Source of the DNA: a virus
Lineage: Duplodnaviria > Caudoviricetes
Length of the DNA stretch: 52,600 nt
IMG/VR virus record: IMGVR_UViG_3300017783_000031
Location: 1-52,600 of that record
Direction: 5' to 3' (one strand)
Both the position numbers and the translations under genes were made by a program. Below the pieces are notes generated by a model. It searched no databases, was not told the origin of the DNA, and saw only the letters and a program-made list of their open reading frames with translations. Shown here piece after piece: positions 10,610 to 21,200 of the stretch. The first letter of the stretch is position 1. Each line of letters starts with the position of its first letter.

Positions 10610-13033
10610 ATGGCAGAAACATTATTAAAAAGCTCATTCCCTAGTCAGATAGCCTCTGATGTGGAGAAGGCAACCGAAGAATATGGCTTAAAAGTTGCGC
10701 GTGCTATTGAACACGAGTGGTTTAAAAGAGATAGCGGAGCTACAAGGTTTTACTCTAATAGGGATGAGTATCATCGACTGCGTTTATACGCAAGAGGAGA
10801 ACAATCAGTAAAAAAGTATAAAGATGAATTGTCTATTAATGGTGATTTATCTTATCTTAATTTAGACTGGAAACCCGTGCCAATTATTCCAAAGTTTGTT
10901 GATATAGTTGTTAATGGTATGTCTGATAGACTTTATGATATTAAAGCCTTTTCACAAGACCCATCATCTGTAAAGCAAAGAACAGATTATGTTGAATCTG
11001 TTTTAGCAGATATGCAATCAAAAGAAATATCTGATCAAATTCAGCAGCAGCTCGGAATAAATGTGTATAGCAACGATAGAGATAATTTACCTGAAAACGA
11101 AGATGAACTGGCTCTGCACATGCAACTTGAATATAAACAATCTATTGAAATTGCAGAAGAGCAGGCTATAAATTCTATATTTAATTCTAATAATTACGAT
11201 TTAACACAAAGACGTGTTAATTATGATTTAACTGTTATAGGGGTTGGTTGTGTTAAAAATGAATTTACAAATTCAGAAGGGATAAAATTAAAATATGTAG
11301 ATCCTGCTGATTTGGTATATTCTTACACTCATTCCCCATATTTTGACGATATATATTACGTAGGTGAAGTAAAGTCTGTAACTATTAATGAACTAAAACA
11401 ACAGTTTCCTCATTTAACAGACGAAAATTTAAGTAATTTATCAAAGCAAGGAGCTCAAACTTCAGCTTCACACAATAGATATATAAACGAAGATTCTGTA
11501 TTAGATGCAAATACAATACAAATATTATATTTTAATTATAAAACATATAATAATGAAGTATTTAAAATAAAGAAAACAGCGTCAGGAGCTGACAAAGCTA
11601 TTCCTAAAAATGATCAGTTTAATCCACCTAAAGATAATAGAGCTTTATTCAGCAAAGAATCAAGATCAATTGAAGTTGTATATGATGGGGCTTTCGTTTT
11701 AGGAACACAACAATTACTTAAATGGGAAATAGCTAAAAACATGGTTAGACCTAAAAGCGATACTACAAAGGTAATGTTAAATTATAACGTTGTAGCTCCC
11801 CGTATATATAAAGGTCGTATTGAATCGTTAGTTAGTAGAATTACAGGTTTTGCTGATATGATACAATTAACGCATTTAAAGCTGCAACAGGTGATGGCAA
11901 GAATGATACCTGATGGAGTTTATTTAGATGCTGATGGTTTGGCTGAAATTGATTTAGGTAACGGAACAAACTATAATCCTCAAGAGGCGTTAAACATGTT
12001 TTTTCAAACAGGATCTGTTATTGGTAGGTCTATGACGCAAGAGGGGGATATGAACCCCGGGCGAATGCCAATTCAAGAACTTACTTCAAATGGTGGTAAT
12101 AATAAAATAGGTTCACTTATTAATACATATAATTATTATTTACAAATGATAAGAGATGTTACTGGCCTTAACGAGGCTCGGGATGGCTCTTTACCAGATA
12201 AAAATGCATTAGTTGGTGTACAAAAACTTGCTGCTGCTAATTCAAATACAGCTACAAGGCATATATTACAATCTAGTTTATATTTAGCCGCAAAAACAGC
12301 GGAATCAGTTAGTCTAAGAATATCAGACGTATTAGAATACTCGCCTACAAGAGATGCTTTTATATCTAGTATTGGTAGATTTAATGTGGCAACATTAGAG
12401 GATATCAAAAACATGCATCTACATGACTTTGGTATATTTATTGAACTGTCACCTGATGAAGAAGAAAAACAAATGCTTGAAAATAATATTCAACAAGCTT
12501 TGGCCAAAGATCAAGTTTATTTAGAAGATGCTATTGATATTAGGGAAATAAAAAATATTAAACTAGCTAATCAACTTTTAAAAGTTAGAAGAAGAAAAAA
12601 ATTAGAACAAGATCAAGCAAGGCAACAGCAAAATATTGAAGCACAAGCAAACGCAAATTCCCAGAACACTCAGGTTGCTGCGGAAATGGAAATTAAAAAG
12701 AATCAATCTATTACACAACAGAAAGCTGAGCTTGCGCAGATTGAAGCAGATCTTGAAATGCAAAAAATGCAAAATGAAAAAGAGCTCAAGAAAGAACTTA
12801 TGCGATTTGAGTTTGATCTTAATATTGCATTGAAAGATAAAGAGGGTGAAGTATATACTAATAGAGAGCAGTATAAAGAAGATCGCAAAGACGAAAGAAC
12901 CAGAATACAAGCTTCGCAACAATCTAAACTTATTGAACAAAGAAAAGATAAAAAAGGAGAACAAGAGTTCGAGTCAGCTGGTAATGACACCATGGGGAGC
13001 GGCTTTAACTTAGAATCATTTGAACCCCGTTAA
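10610..13033 (+). CDS. Portal protein
   Basis: 807 aa following TerL; PIIPKFVDIVVNG, IRDVTGLNEARDG and C-terminal coiled coil typical of Bacteroidota podovirus/crAss-like portals. Confidence 0.85.
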   Translation: MAETLLKSSFPSQIASDVEKATEEYGLKVARAIEHEWFKRDSGATRFYSNRDEYHRLRLYARGEQSVKKYKDELSINGDLSYLNLDWKPVPIIPKFVDIVVNGMSDRLYDIKAFSQDPSSVKQRTDYVESVLADMQSKEISDQIQQQLGINVYSNDRDNLPENEDELALHMQLEYKQSIEIAEEQAINSIFNSNNYDLTQRRVNYDLTVIGVGCVKNEFTNSEGIKLKYVDPADLVYSYTHSPYFDDIYYVGEVKSVTINELKQQFPHLTDENLSNLSKQGAQTSASHNRYINEDSVLDANTIQILYFNYKTYNNEVFKIKKTASGADKAIPKNDQFNPPKDNRALFSKESRSIEVVYDGAFVLGTQQLLKWEIAKNMVRPKSDTTKVMLNYNVVAPRIYKGRIESLVSRITGFADMIQLTHLKLQQVMARMIPDGVYLDADGLAEIDLGNGTNYNPQEALNMFFQTGSVIGRSMTQEGDMNPGRMPIQELTSNGGNNKIGSLINTYNYYLQMIRDVTGLNEARDGSLPDKNALVGVQKLAAANSNTATRHILQSSLYLAAKTAESVSLRISDVLEYSPTRDAFISSIGRFNVATLEDIKNMHLHDFGIFIELSPDEEEKQMLENNIQQALAKDQVYLEDAIDIREIKNIKLANQLLKVRRRKKLEQDQARQQQNIEAQANANSQNTQVAAEMEIKKNQSITQQKAELAQIEADLEMQKMQNEKELKKELMRFEFDLNIALKDKEGEVYTNREQYKEDRKDERTRIQASQQSKLIEQRKDKKGEQEFESAGNDTMGSGFNLESFEPR

Positions 13034-13050
13034 TTTTATAATATTATATC

Positions 13051-14298
13051 ATGACAGAAGAAACAACTCAAGTTGAAGAAACAGTACAAGAAGCTGTTGA
13101 ACAACAAACAGAAGAAAAACAACCTGTTGCTAAAGAACCAGAAAGGCCTAGCAACGTATCCGTTGATGACGACGGAATGATTAAAGTAGACCTTAGAAAC
13201 TTAAACCAAAACGACGATGCCATTCAAGAGCAAAGCACAGATGAGGTTCCTGTACGCGACGAATCCGAAACTAGCGGAGAAGTACAAGAACAAAACACCG
13301 AAAAAACAAATGAAGAGCCTTCCGGAGAAAGCAACCCCATTGACAATGAAAATGAGGTGCTCGAACTCATACAAGATGAAGAACCGGTAAAAGAAAAAGC
13401 AACATTAGCGGATAAAATAAAAGATATTCCTAATAAGCTTAAAGAGGAGACAGAAGACGTAAATAATAATCAAGAAGTCAATGAGTTACCAGAAAACGTA
13501 AATAAGCTTGTTGACTTTATGAAAGAAACTGGAGGAACTCTTGAAGATTATGTTAATCTAAATAAAGATTACTCCGATATGGATGATATGGATGTTTTAA
13601 GAGAACACTATAGGCAGTCCAAACCTCACTTAAACGAAGAGGAAATAAGTTTTTTAATTGAAGACTCTTTTTCATATGATGAAGAAACAGATGATGACAG
13701 AGATGTTCGAAGAAAAAAACTTGCATTAAAAGAATCTATCGCAGAAGCTAAATCAACTCTAACTAATTTAAAGAGTAAATATTACGATGATCTTAAGTTA
13801 AGTTCAAAGTTAACTCCACAACAGAAAGAAGCGGTTCAGTTTTATGATGATTATAGACAAACGCAGGAAACATCAAAACAACAGCGGTCTATATTTGAAC
13901 AAAAAACAAATGACTTGTTTGCCAACAATTTCAAAGGTTTTGAATATAAAGTTGGAGAAAACAAATATAGATTTAAAGTAAAAGATGTAAATAATATACA
14001 GGAAAGCCAGTCTGATATTAATTCATTAGTTAGCAGATTTGTTGACGAAAAAAACAATATGAAAGATGCAGTGGGCTATCATAAGGCATTGTTTACAGCT
14101 ATGAACGCTGATGCTATTGCAAATCATTTTTATGAGCAGGGTAAGGCTGATGCTGTTAAAAACAGCATGGCTAAGTCTAAAAACATAGATATGAACCCTA
14201 GAGGGACACATGAAAATGTTACAACTCAAGGAGGCATGCAAGTAAAAGCAGTTAGTGGAGATGATTTTAGTCGTTTAAAAATTAAAATGAAACAATAA
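13051..14298 (+). CDS. Acidic capsid scaffolding/head assembly protein
   Basis: Very E/D-rich disordered N-half, helical C-half; located between portal and MCP. Confidence 0.7.
   Translation: MTEETTQVEETVQEAVEQQTEEKQPVAKEPERPSNVSVDDDGMIKVDLRNLNQNDDAIQEQSTDEVPVRDESETSGEVQEQNTEKTNEEPSGESNPIDNENEVLELIQDEEPVKEKATLADKIKDIPNKLKEETEDVNNNQEVNELPENVNKLVDFMKETGGTLEDYVNLNKDYSDMDDMDVLREHYRQSKPHLNEEEISFLIEDSFSYDEETDDDRDVRRKKLALKESIAEAKSTLTNLKSKYYDDLKLSSKLTPQQKEAVQFYDDYRQTQETSKQQRSIFEQKTNDLFANNFKGFEYKVGENKYRFKVKDVNNIQESQSDINSLVSRFVDEKNNMKDAVGYHKALFTAMNADAIANHFYEQGKADAVKNSMAKSKNIDMNPRGTHENVTTQGGMQVKAVSGDDFSRLKIKMKQ
13217..13390 (+). CDS. Putative overprinted small basic protein in the +1 frame of the scaffold gene (57 aa, MPFKSKAQMRFLYATNPKLAEKY...)
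   Basis: ATG 13217 to TAA 13388-13390; N-terminus resembles the MPFKSxAQ small phage protein motif; A at -3 and -6; locally raised GC. Confidence 0.55.
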   Translation: MPFKSKAQMRFLYATNPKLAEKYKNKTPKKQMKSLPEKATPLTMKMRCSNSYKMKNR

Positions 14299-14317
14299 CT
14301 AACTAAGATTATTAAAA

Positions 14318-15793
14318 ATGGGATTATTTTCAACGGGTGGAGCGTTTCCAGCTGGATTAACGCCTGCCCCAACTAAAAGTTTGTTTGGTACAAATTACCT
14401 AACATTCGATTCTGCCTCAGGAGGTGGAACATTTACACAACAATTTCTACCCGACGTATACGAAAAAGAAGTTGAAAGATACGGAAACCGTTCTGTAGCT
14501 TCTTTCTTACGTATGGTTGGTGCTGAAATTCCTTCAGCTTCAGATCAAGTTATTTGGTCAGAGCAAGGAAGATTACACATTGCTTATGATAGTGCATCTG
14601 CAAATACTACAACTGGTGTGATTACCGAAAACGGTCACGCTGTACGAGTAGGGCAAACAGTAGCTATTATTGAAGCTGGAACACATCCAAATGATGGAGT
14701 TACTTGGACTGCCGATAAAGTAGTTAAAGGTGTTGTGTCTGCTGTACCAAATGCAAACACATTTACCGTACTTGCTTATGGTGGTGCTACTCTTACTGCT
14801 GCTGGACTTACTTCTGGAACTGGCGTTACTGTTAAGGTATTCGTTTATGGTTCAGAATTTAAGAAAGGTACTGCTGGTATGGATGGATCTGTAGACGCTG
14901 GTTTTCAACAATTCAGCAATTCGCCAATTATTATCAAAGATAAATATTCTATCTCTGGTTCTGATACTGCGCAAATTGGATGGGTTGAAGTTACTACTGA
15001 AAACGGAGCTTCAGGATACTTATGGTACTTAAAGTCTGAACATGAAACAAGATTAAGATTTGAAGATTATCTTGAAATGTCAATGGTTGAAGGTGAACTT
15101 GCAGCTTCTGGTTCTGGTGCAATTGGCGCTAGTTTCAAAGGTACTGAAGGTTTATTTGCTGCTATTGAATCAAGAGGAAATATTTATCAAAACTTTAATT
15201 CTGGTGAAGACGCATTAGATAATTCTGATGGCGGCGCAAGAGGCGGACTACAAGATTTTGATGAAATTCTTAAAAATCTTGACAAGCAAGGTGCAATTGA
15301 AGAAAACATGCTTTTCTTAAACCGTGCTACCGCGCTAACTTTTGATGATATGTTAGGGGCTGTTAACGCTCATTATGCTGGTGGATCCTCTTATGGAGTA
15401 TTCAACAACAGTGAGGATATGGCACTTAACTTAGGATTTAGTGGTTTCCGTAGAGGTTCTTACGATTTCTATAAGACTGACTGGAAATACTTAAACGATG
15501 CAACAACTCGTGGTTTAGGTGGAAACATTGATGGTGTACTTGTACCTGCTGGTACTTCTACTGTATACGATCAATCACTTGGTAAAAATATCAAGCGACC
15601 ATTCTTACACGTACGTTACAGAGCTTCTGAAGCTGATGATAGAAAAATGAAATCTTGGATCACTGGATCTGTAGGTGGAGTTTATACTTCTGACGTTGAT
15701 GAAATGAATGTACACTTCTTATCTGAAAGATGTTTGTGTGTTCAAGGTGCGAATAACTTCGTATTATTTAAGACTGCTTCACAGGTAGCTTAA
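14318..15793 (+). CDS. Major capsid protein
   Basis: 491 aa; QQFLPDVYEKEVERYGNR, WSEQGRLH, TEGLFAAIESRG, HFLSERCLCVQGANNF; strongly biased codon usage; followed by a terminator hairpin. Confidence 0.85.
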   Translation: MGLFSTGGAFPAGLTPAPTKSLFGTNYLTFDSASGGGTFTQQFLPDVYEKEVERYGNRSVASFLRMVGAEIPSASDQVIWSEQGRLHIAYDSASANTTTGVITENGHAVRVGQTVAIIEAGTHPNDGVTWTADKVVKGVVSAVPNANTFTVLAYGGATLTAAGLTSGTGVTVKVFVYGSEFKKGTAGMDGSVDAGFQQFSNSPIIIKDKYSISGSDTAQIGWVEVTTENGASGYLWYLKSEHETRLRFEDYLEMSMVEGELAASGSGAIGASFKGTEGLFAAIESRGNIYQNFNSGEDALDNSDGGARGGLQDFDEILKNLDKQGAIEENMLFLNRATALTFDDMLGAVNAHYAGGSSYGVFNNSEDMALNLGFSGFRRGSYDFYKTDWKYLNDATTRGLGGNIDGVLVPAGTSTVYDQSLGKNIKRPFLHVRYRASEADDRKMKSWITGSVGGVYTSDVDEMNVHFLSERCLCVQGANNFVLFKTASQVA

Positions 15794-15801
15794 TACTTAA
15801 T

Positions 15802-15844
15802 GTAAAGACGGGGCGTCTTCGGGCGCTCCTATCTTTACTTTTAT
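15802..15844 (+). terminator. Rho-independent terminator/hairpin after MCP
   Basis: gtaaaga-c-ggggcgtc TTCG ggcgctcc-ta-tctttac followed by a T run; UUCG tetraloop. Confidence 0.7.
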
Positions 15845-15864
15845 AAATTTTATTATATTATATC

Positions 15865-16638
15865 ATGGCAACAAAAATAACGGCAAAAAAGCCTCAAACC
15901 CCAAGTTGGGTTATAAAAGATAGATCTTATGCTCTTAAGGGTGGTAAACAACCTTTAACATTTACATTAGCCTCAAGGCATCATTCAAGAACACCTTTAA
16001 TGTGGTGGGATGAAGAAAAAGGTTATTCAAGAGAATTAAGATATGCTACCAATCAAAAATCACCACTTCGTGATGAACAACAAGGTAGATCAACATTAGG
16101 ACATATTGTTTTTAAAGACGGATTTTTATACGTATCAAAAACAAATCAGTCATTACAAAAACTATTATCATTATACCATCCAGGGAAAAATGCAATTTAT
16201 CAAGAACTGGATGCTGTTCAAGAAGCAAAAGATGATTTGGTTGATTTAGAAATGGAAATCGAAGCTTTAAATATTGCAAAAACAATGGATTTAGACCATG
16301 CTGAAGCAGTATTGCGAGTTGATCAGGGAAGTTCTGTTTCATCTATGACTTCACAAGAAATAAAAAGAGATATATTATTATATGCTAAAAATAACTCTGC
16401 TCTTTTCTTACAATTAGCAAATGACGATAATGTTCAACTAAGAAACTTTGGTATTAAAGCATCTGAGCTTGCTATAATTAGCTTATCAGCAGACCAAAGA
16501 TCTTGGCACTGGAGTAAAACAAATAGAAAATTATTTTCTGTACCTTTTGATGAAAATGCTTTTTCAGCATTAGCTGCTTGGTTTAAAACCGACGAAGGAA
16601 CTGAAGTATATAAAGCAATTGAAAAACAATTAAAATAA
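15865..16638 (+). CDS. Hypothetical virion/head-associated protein
   Basis: 257-aa ORF directly after MCP, RELRYATNQKSP motif; no function recognised. Confidence 0.6.
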   Translation: MATKITAKKPQTPSWVIKDRSYALKGGKQPLTFTLASRHHSRTPLMWWDEEKGYSRELRYATNQKSPLRDEQQGRSTLGHIVFKDGFLYVSKTNQSLQKLLSLYHPGKNAIYQELDAVQEAKDDLVDLEMEIEALNIAKTMDLDHAEAVLRVDQGSSVSSMTSQEIKRDILLYAKNNSALFLQLANDDNVQLRNFGIKASELAIISLSADQRSWHWSKTNRKLFSVPFDENAFSALAAWFKTDEGTEVYKAIEKQLK

Positions 16639-16644
16639 CCACCT

Positions 16645-16684
16645 TGTAGTGATATGGGTCACTGCGGTGGCCCTATCATTATAA
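16645..16684 (+). terminator. Intergenic hairpin (terminator or RNA processing site)
   Basis: tgtagtgata-tgggtcac-tgcg-gtggccc-tatcattata inverted repeat; no strong U tract. Confidence 0.45.
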
Positions 16685-16694
16685 ATACAAAATT

Positions 16695-17378
16695 ATGGCA
16701 ATAAGCGTAGACACGGTATACCAAAGAGTACAAGCCATTCTTAATAAAGAGAATAGAGGTTATATGACTCCACAGGAATATAATCTTTTAGCAAATCAAG
16801 CTCAATTAGAAATATTTGAGCAATATTTTTATGATCTTAACCAATTTAATAGAGGAGGTGAGATTACAAATGAATACGCTAATATTGTAAACAATATAAA
16901 AGAAAAAATTAATTTATTTCGAACAAACTCTTCACTTACAAAAGCAAATTCTGTTTTTACTCTTCCATCAAACTTATATAGGCTGGGAACTGTATATTAT
17001 AATAATACTATAGAATTAGACGCTATAGATCAAAATGATTTCTTACATATTAATGCGTCAAAATTAACTAAACCTGATACAAAAAAACCGGTATATATAA
17101 GAAACGGAAATGAGCTTACTGTTTATCCAACATCTATAGATACAATAGCCTGTACTTTTATTAAGCAACCGGCACAAGTTGTTTGGGGTTATGTTGAAAT
17201 TGGAAATATTGCAAAGTACGACGCTACTTCTGCAACCAACTTTGAATTACATGACTCAGATGAAACAACTGTAGTATATAAAATACTTAGCTATGCTGGT
17301 TTAGTTATTAAACAGCCTGAAATAAGTCAAGTTGCAGAACAGAAAGACAATTTAAAAGTTCAAAAAGAAAAATCATAA
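16695..17378 (+). CDS. Head-tail adaptor / tail ring protein
   Basis: VYQRVQAILNKENRGYMTPQEYNLLANQAQLEIF and C-terminal FELHDSDE..VYKIL pattern of podovirus ring proteins; position in the tail module. Confidence 0.65.
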   Translation: MAISVDTVYQRVQAILNKENRGYMTPQEYNLLANQAQLEIFEQYFYDLNQFNRGGEITNEYANIVNNIKEKINLFRTNSSLTKANSVFTLPSNLYRLGTVYYNNTIELDAIDQNDFLHINASKLTKPDTKKPVYIRNGNELTVYPTSIDTIACTFIKQPAQVVWGYVEIGNIAKYDATSATNFELHDSDETTVVYKILSYAGLVIKQPEISQVAEQKDNLKVQKEKS

Positions 17379-17381
17379 TAA

Positions 17382-18275
17382 ATGGCTTTAGCACAATATA
17401 CACCGAAAGAATACTACAATAGTAAGGATCAAGGATATTATCAATTTGTTACAATAGATGATATAATAAGCAATTTTTTGGTTTCGTATGTTGGCGATGA
17501 TAAAATTATAAAGTCAGCAAAAAGAAATGAAATAGCATACCATGCTCAAAGAACACTGCAAGAGTTAAGTTATGATACTATAGACAATGTAAAATCTATA
17601 GAAGTTGAAATACCTCCTTCTATGTCGCTACCATTACCCCATGATTTTGTAAACTATGTTAGAATAACATGTTTAGATGAGGCCGGTATTGAAAGACCCT
17701 TGAAACCAAGCCAAACAACAACTGCTCCAACACCATATTTGCAAGACGACGATTATAATTATTTATATGACGACAAAGGCAATGTTTTAATAGGTAAAGA
17801 ATCAGAAGCAGCAAAAAGATTTAAAGGGCAAAATAATAATTCTTATAGTACAACAGACGCATCAGACATAACTTATTTAGAAGAGGGCTATGGCTATAAT
17901 GTTGATTTTGGAAAAAGATATGGAATTGATCCTGCTACTGCTAATAAAAATGACACATTTGTAATTGATCAGCCTAGAGGTGTTATATCATTTAGTAGTG
18001 GTGTTAAAAATAAAATAATTATTATTAAATATGTTTCCGACGGGTTGAATGTTGATGAAGACATGAAAATACATAAGTTTGCTGAGGAAGCAATGTATAA
18101 ATCAATTGCATTAAATATAATGTCGGCTAAATCAAATATACCCGAGTATCAAATAAATAGATTAAAAAAAGAAAGGAAAGCAGCTATGCGTTCGGCTAAA
18201 CTTAGATTAGCTAATATAAATATAGAAGATCTTACTCAAGTAATGAGAGGCAAATCAAAACAAATTAAACACTAA
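17382..18275 (+). CDS. Second tail ring/adaptor structural protein
   Basis: LPHDFVNYVRI, YVSDGL, IHKFAEEAMY motifs; located between the ring protein and the stabilization protein. Confidence 0.6.
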   Translation: MALAQYTPKEYYNSKDQGYYQFVTIDDIISNFLVSYVGDDKIIKSAKRNEIAYHAQRTLQELSYDTIDNVKSIEVEIPPSMSLPLPHDFVNYVRITCLDEAGIERPLKPSQTTTAPTPYLQDDDYNYLYDDKGNVLIGKESEAAKRFKGQNNNSYSTTDASDITYLEEGYGYNVDFGKRYGIDPATANKNDTFVIDQPRGVISFSSGVKNKIIIIKYVSDGLNVDEDMKIHKFAEEAMYKSIALNIMSAKSNIPEYQINRLKKERKAAMRSAKLRLANINIEDLTQVMRGKSKQIKH

Positions 18276-21200
18276 TGGCGGAACTAAAGCACACCTTTAC
18301 GTCGGGTAGAATGAATAAAGACCTAGATGATAGACTTGTACCTAATGGCGAGTATACTGATGCTTTAAATATACAGATTTCTTCTTCTGAAGGTGACGAT
18401 GTTGGCTCAATAGAAAACACATTAGGTAATGAACTTTTGTCTGATTTGCAGTTACAAAACGCAAAAACACTAGGCAGTATATCTGACACTAAAAAAGATA
18501 AAATATACTGGATAGTTACTTCTGATTCTATAGACGCTATTTATGAGTTTGATGAAAAAACTAAAGAAATAAAACCTGTATTGTTAGATGAAAAAACAAA
18601 TCAAACAATAACAATAAATGATGTTTCTATATATTCAAATGTTGAAGGTGAATTATCCTTTTCATATAATGAATTAAAATTTAATAGTTTATTAGGTAAA
18701 AATCTAGAAAAAGCCACGCCTGATTCTCCACAAAAATATGGGTTAACACATAGCAATGTAGACATAGAGTGTTCAGAAATTGATTTAAAAATAACAGCGC
18801 CAAAAAACACAAGTGTTTTAAATAACAATAACGAAAGTATTGAATTTAAAAATATACCTTATAACGGAAAACATTTTGGAAATTTAGATGTAAACTTTAC
18901 TTACACTGATTCTGGTTTTTTAAATTTTTCTAAAAACAACTTAATAACAGGCATAAACATAATTGATGGACTTTTATTTTGGACAGATAATATAAATCAA
19001 CCTAGAAGAATAAATATATCTGAATTTAAAAACTACAAGCATATTGCTAATCAAACGCAAATATCATACAAGTATAAGGATTCAAATGGCACTGTTAATA
19101 TTGATTATAGACCAATAAATGAAGATGATATATCTGTAATTAAAAAAGCTCCTCTAAAAGCTCCTAATATAACTTTATTTGACACTGATATAACAGGTAA
19201 TACAACTATTACAGCACAAGTTAATTTTGTAGATAAAATAGCTGGGGATGAAATTGATATAACTGATTTTGGAGGTATACCTAATTGGGTAGAAGGCCAA
19301 TCTATTTTGTTTGTTACGGAAGATGCCGATTTATCTTTAGAATGTAGGGTGCAAAGCATCGATGCTACAAATAAAAGTATTAAAGTTATTATTTCTAATA
19401 TAGATTCAGATGAACCTGTTACTAAGAGTCATTTATTTACAGCTAATTTAGTAGAAGAAGATCCTATATATGAATTGGCTTTTGTAAGATTTGCGTATAG
19501 ATGGAAATATAAAAACGGAGAATATTCTGTTTTTTCCCCTTTTACTCAACCAGCTTTTTATCCAAACTTTAAAGTAAATAGAAACGGTTTTAAATACGAT
19601 GGTAAAGAGGCTTTTAACTATGGTATGGTAAACCAAGTTCGTAAGGTTTTATTAGAAGATTTTGACTTAGGATCAGATGAGGTAGAAGATATTGAGATAA
19701 TATTTAAAGAAACTAGAAATAATAATATATATATATTAACTACTAAAAAAAGATTAAATTTTGAAAACTCTTTTACAATAAGAAAAGAGCAAATTAAATC
19801 TTTAGTAGCTAACGATCAACTACTCAGACAATGGGATAATGTACCAAGAAAAGCAAAAGCACAAGAGGTTACTGCTAATAGAGTTATTTATGGTAATTAT
19901 ATACAAAATTATGATGTATTTGAAGACCCTGATTTTGATGTAAAACTAAATACCGCAAACGCAGAAAGAAGAATAAGCGCTAAGTCAAATCGCAATTACC
20001 AATTGGGTGTTGTTTATTCAGATGAATACAATAGACAAACACCTGTTTTTTCTAACGACACAGGTGTTATAACTATACCTAAATCTAAATCGTCCGAACA
20101 AAATAGAATATCTGCGTCTATAAAAACTCCACCACCGCCCTGGGCGACACACTATAGGTATTTTATAAAAGATACATCTGGTGAGTTCTATAATTTAGCA
20201 GCGGACCGGTTCTACAATGACGTTGAAAACGGTTTTATGTATATAAGTTTTCCTTCTTCAGAAAGAAACAAAGTTACAGAAGAACATTATTTGTTGTTAA
20301 AAAAGAATCATGGAGACAATAATCCTGTTGATTCTACTGAAAACAGATATAAAATAATAGATATATCTGCTGAGCCACCTGAATTTATAACTGCTAGAAA
20401 AAGACTTGTAAGATCATTAGGCAATATAGTATTTACTGATGACTATAAAGGCTCTGGCGGTGGAACTACAATAACAAATAAAGATGATGCTAGTAACGCC
20501 GCACCATTAAACGAAAGAGCAATTATACAGTTAAAACAGGCTAATGGTAGTCCTGATGGTGTAGAGTTAGAAGAAACTAAAGAAATAAAGCCTGGTAGAT
20601 ATATAAATTTTGAATATTTAGGTAAAGAATCAAAACCTTACAAAATAAAAAGACTATCACAGGATCCAGCCGGATCTAATGAAATAAAAATAGATTTTGA
20701 AGAGCCTTTTGGAGAAGATGTTGAAATAATATATAATAAAACAAGTGGTAATCTAGGAGATCAAAACACAAACCTAGGTGTTAGCATGAACATCTTAGAA
20801 GAGTTTATTGCTGCTGGTGATAAAGAATTTGATGGAAGATTTTTTGTTAAACTTAAATCTAATTCTACTTTAATAAACTCTATAATAACACAAGATATTG
20901 GGGGAGTAAGCTATCTAGTTAAATTTGATCTTAATCTAATAGGTATATATTCATCAAAAGATTCTAATGGTACAGGTAGATCTGGATCCAATAAGTGGAG
21001 AAATGTAAACAGAGGAAAAGATAGCGCAGCGACTAATCCAAGAAATGATTTTGTTGTTCATAAAGGTGGGACCGCAATACCTGGTAGTACTTATGAAACA
21101 GGTAAAAGACATGACGCTGGATCAATAGAGTATAATATTTCAGTTGAAGCTTCTACAAGACGTAGAAATTCTGAAGTTGAAAAATTACAAAAATTAGCTA

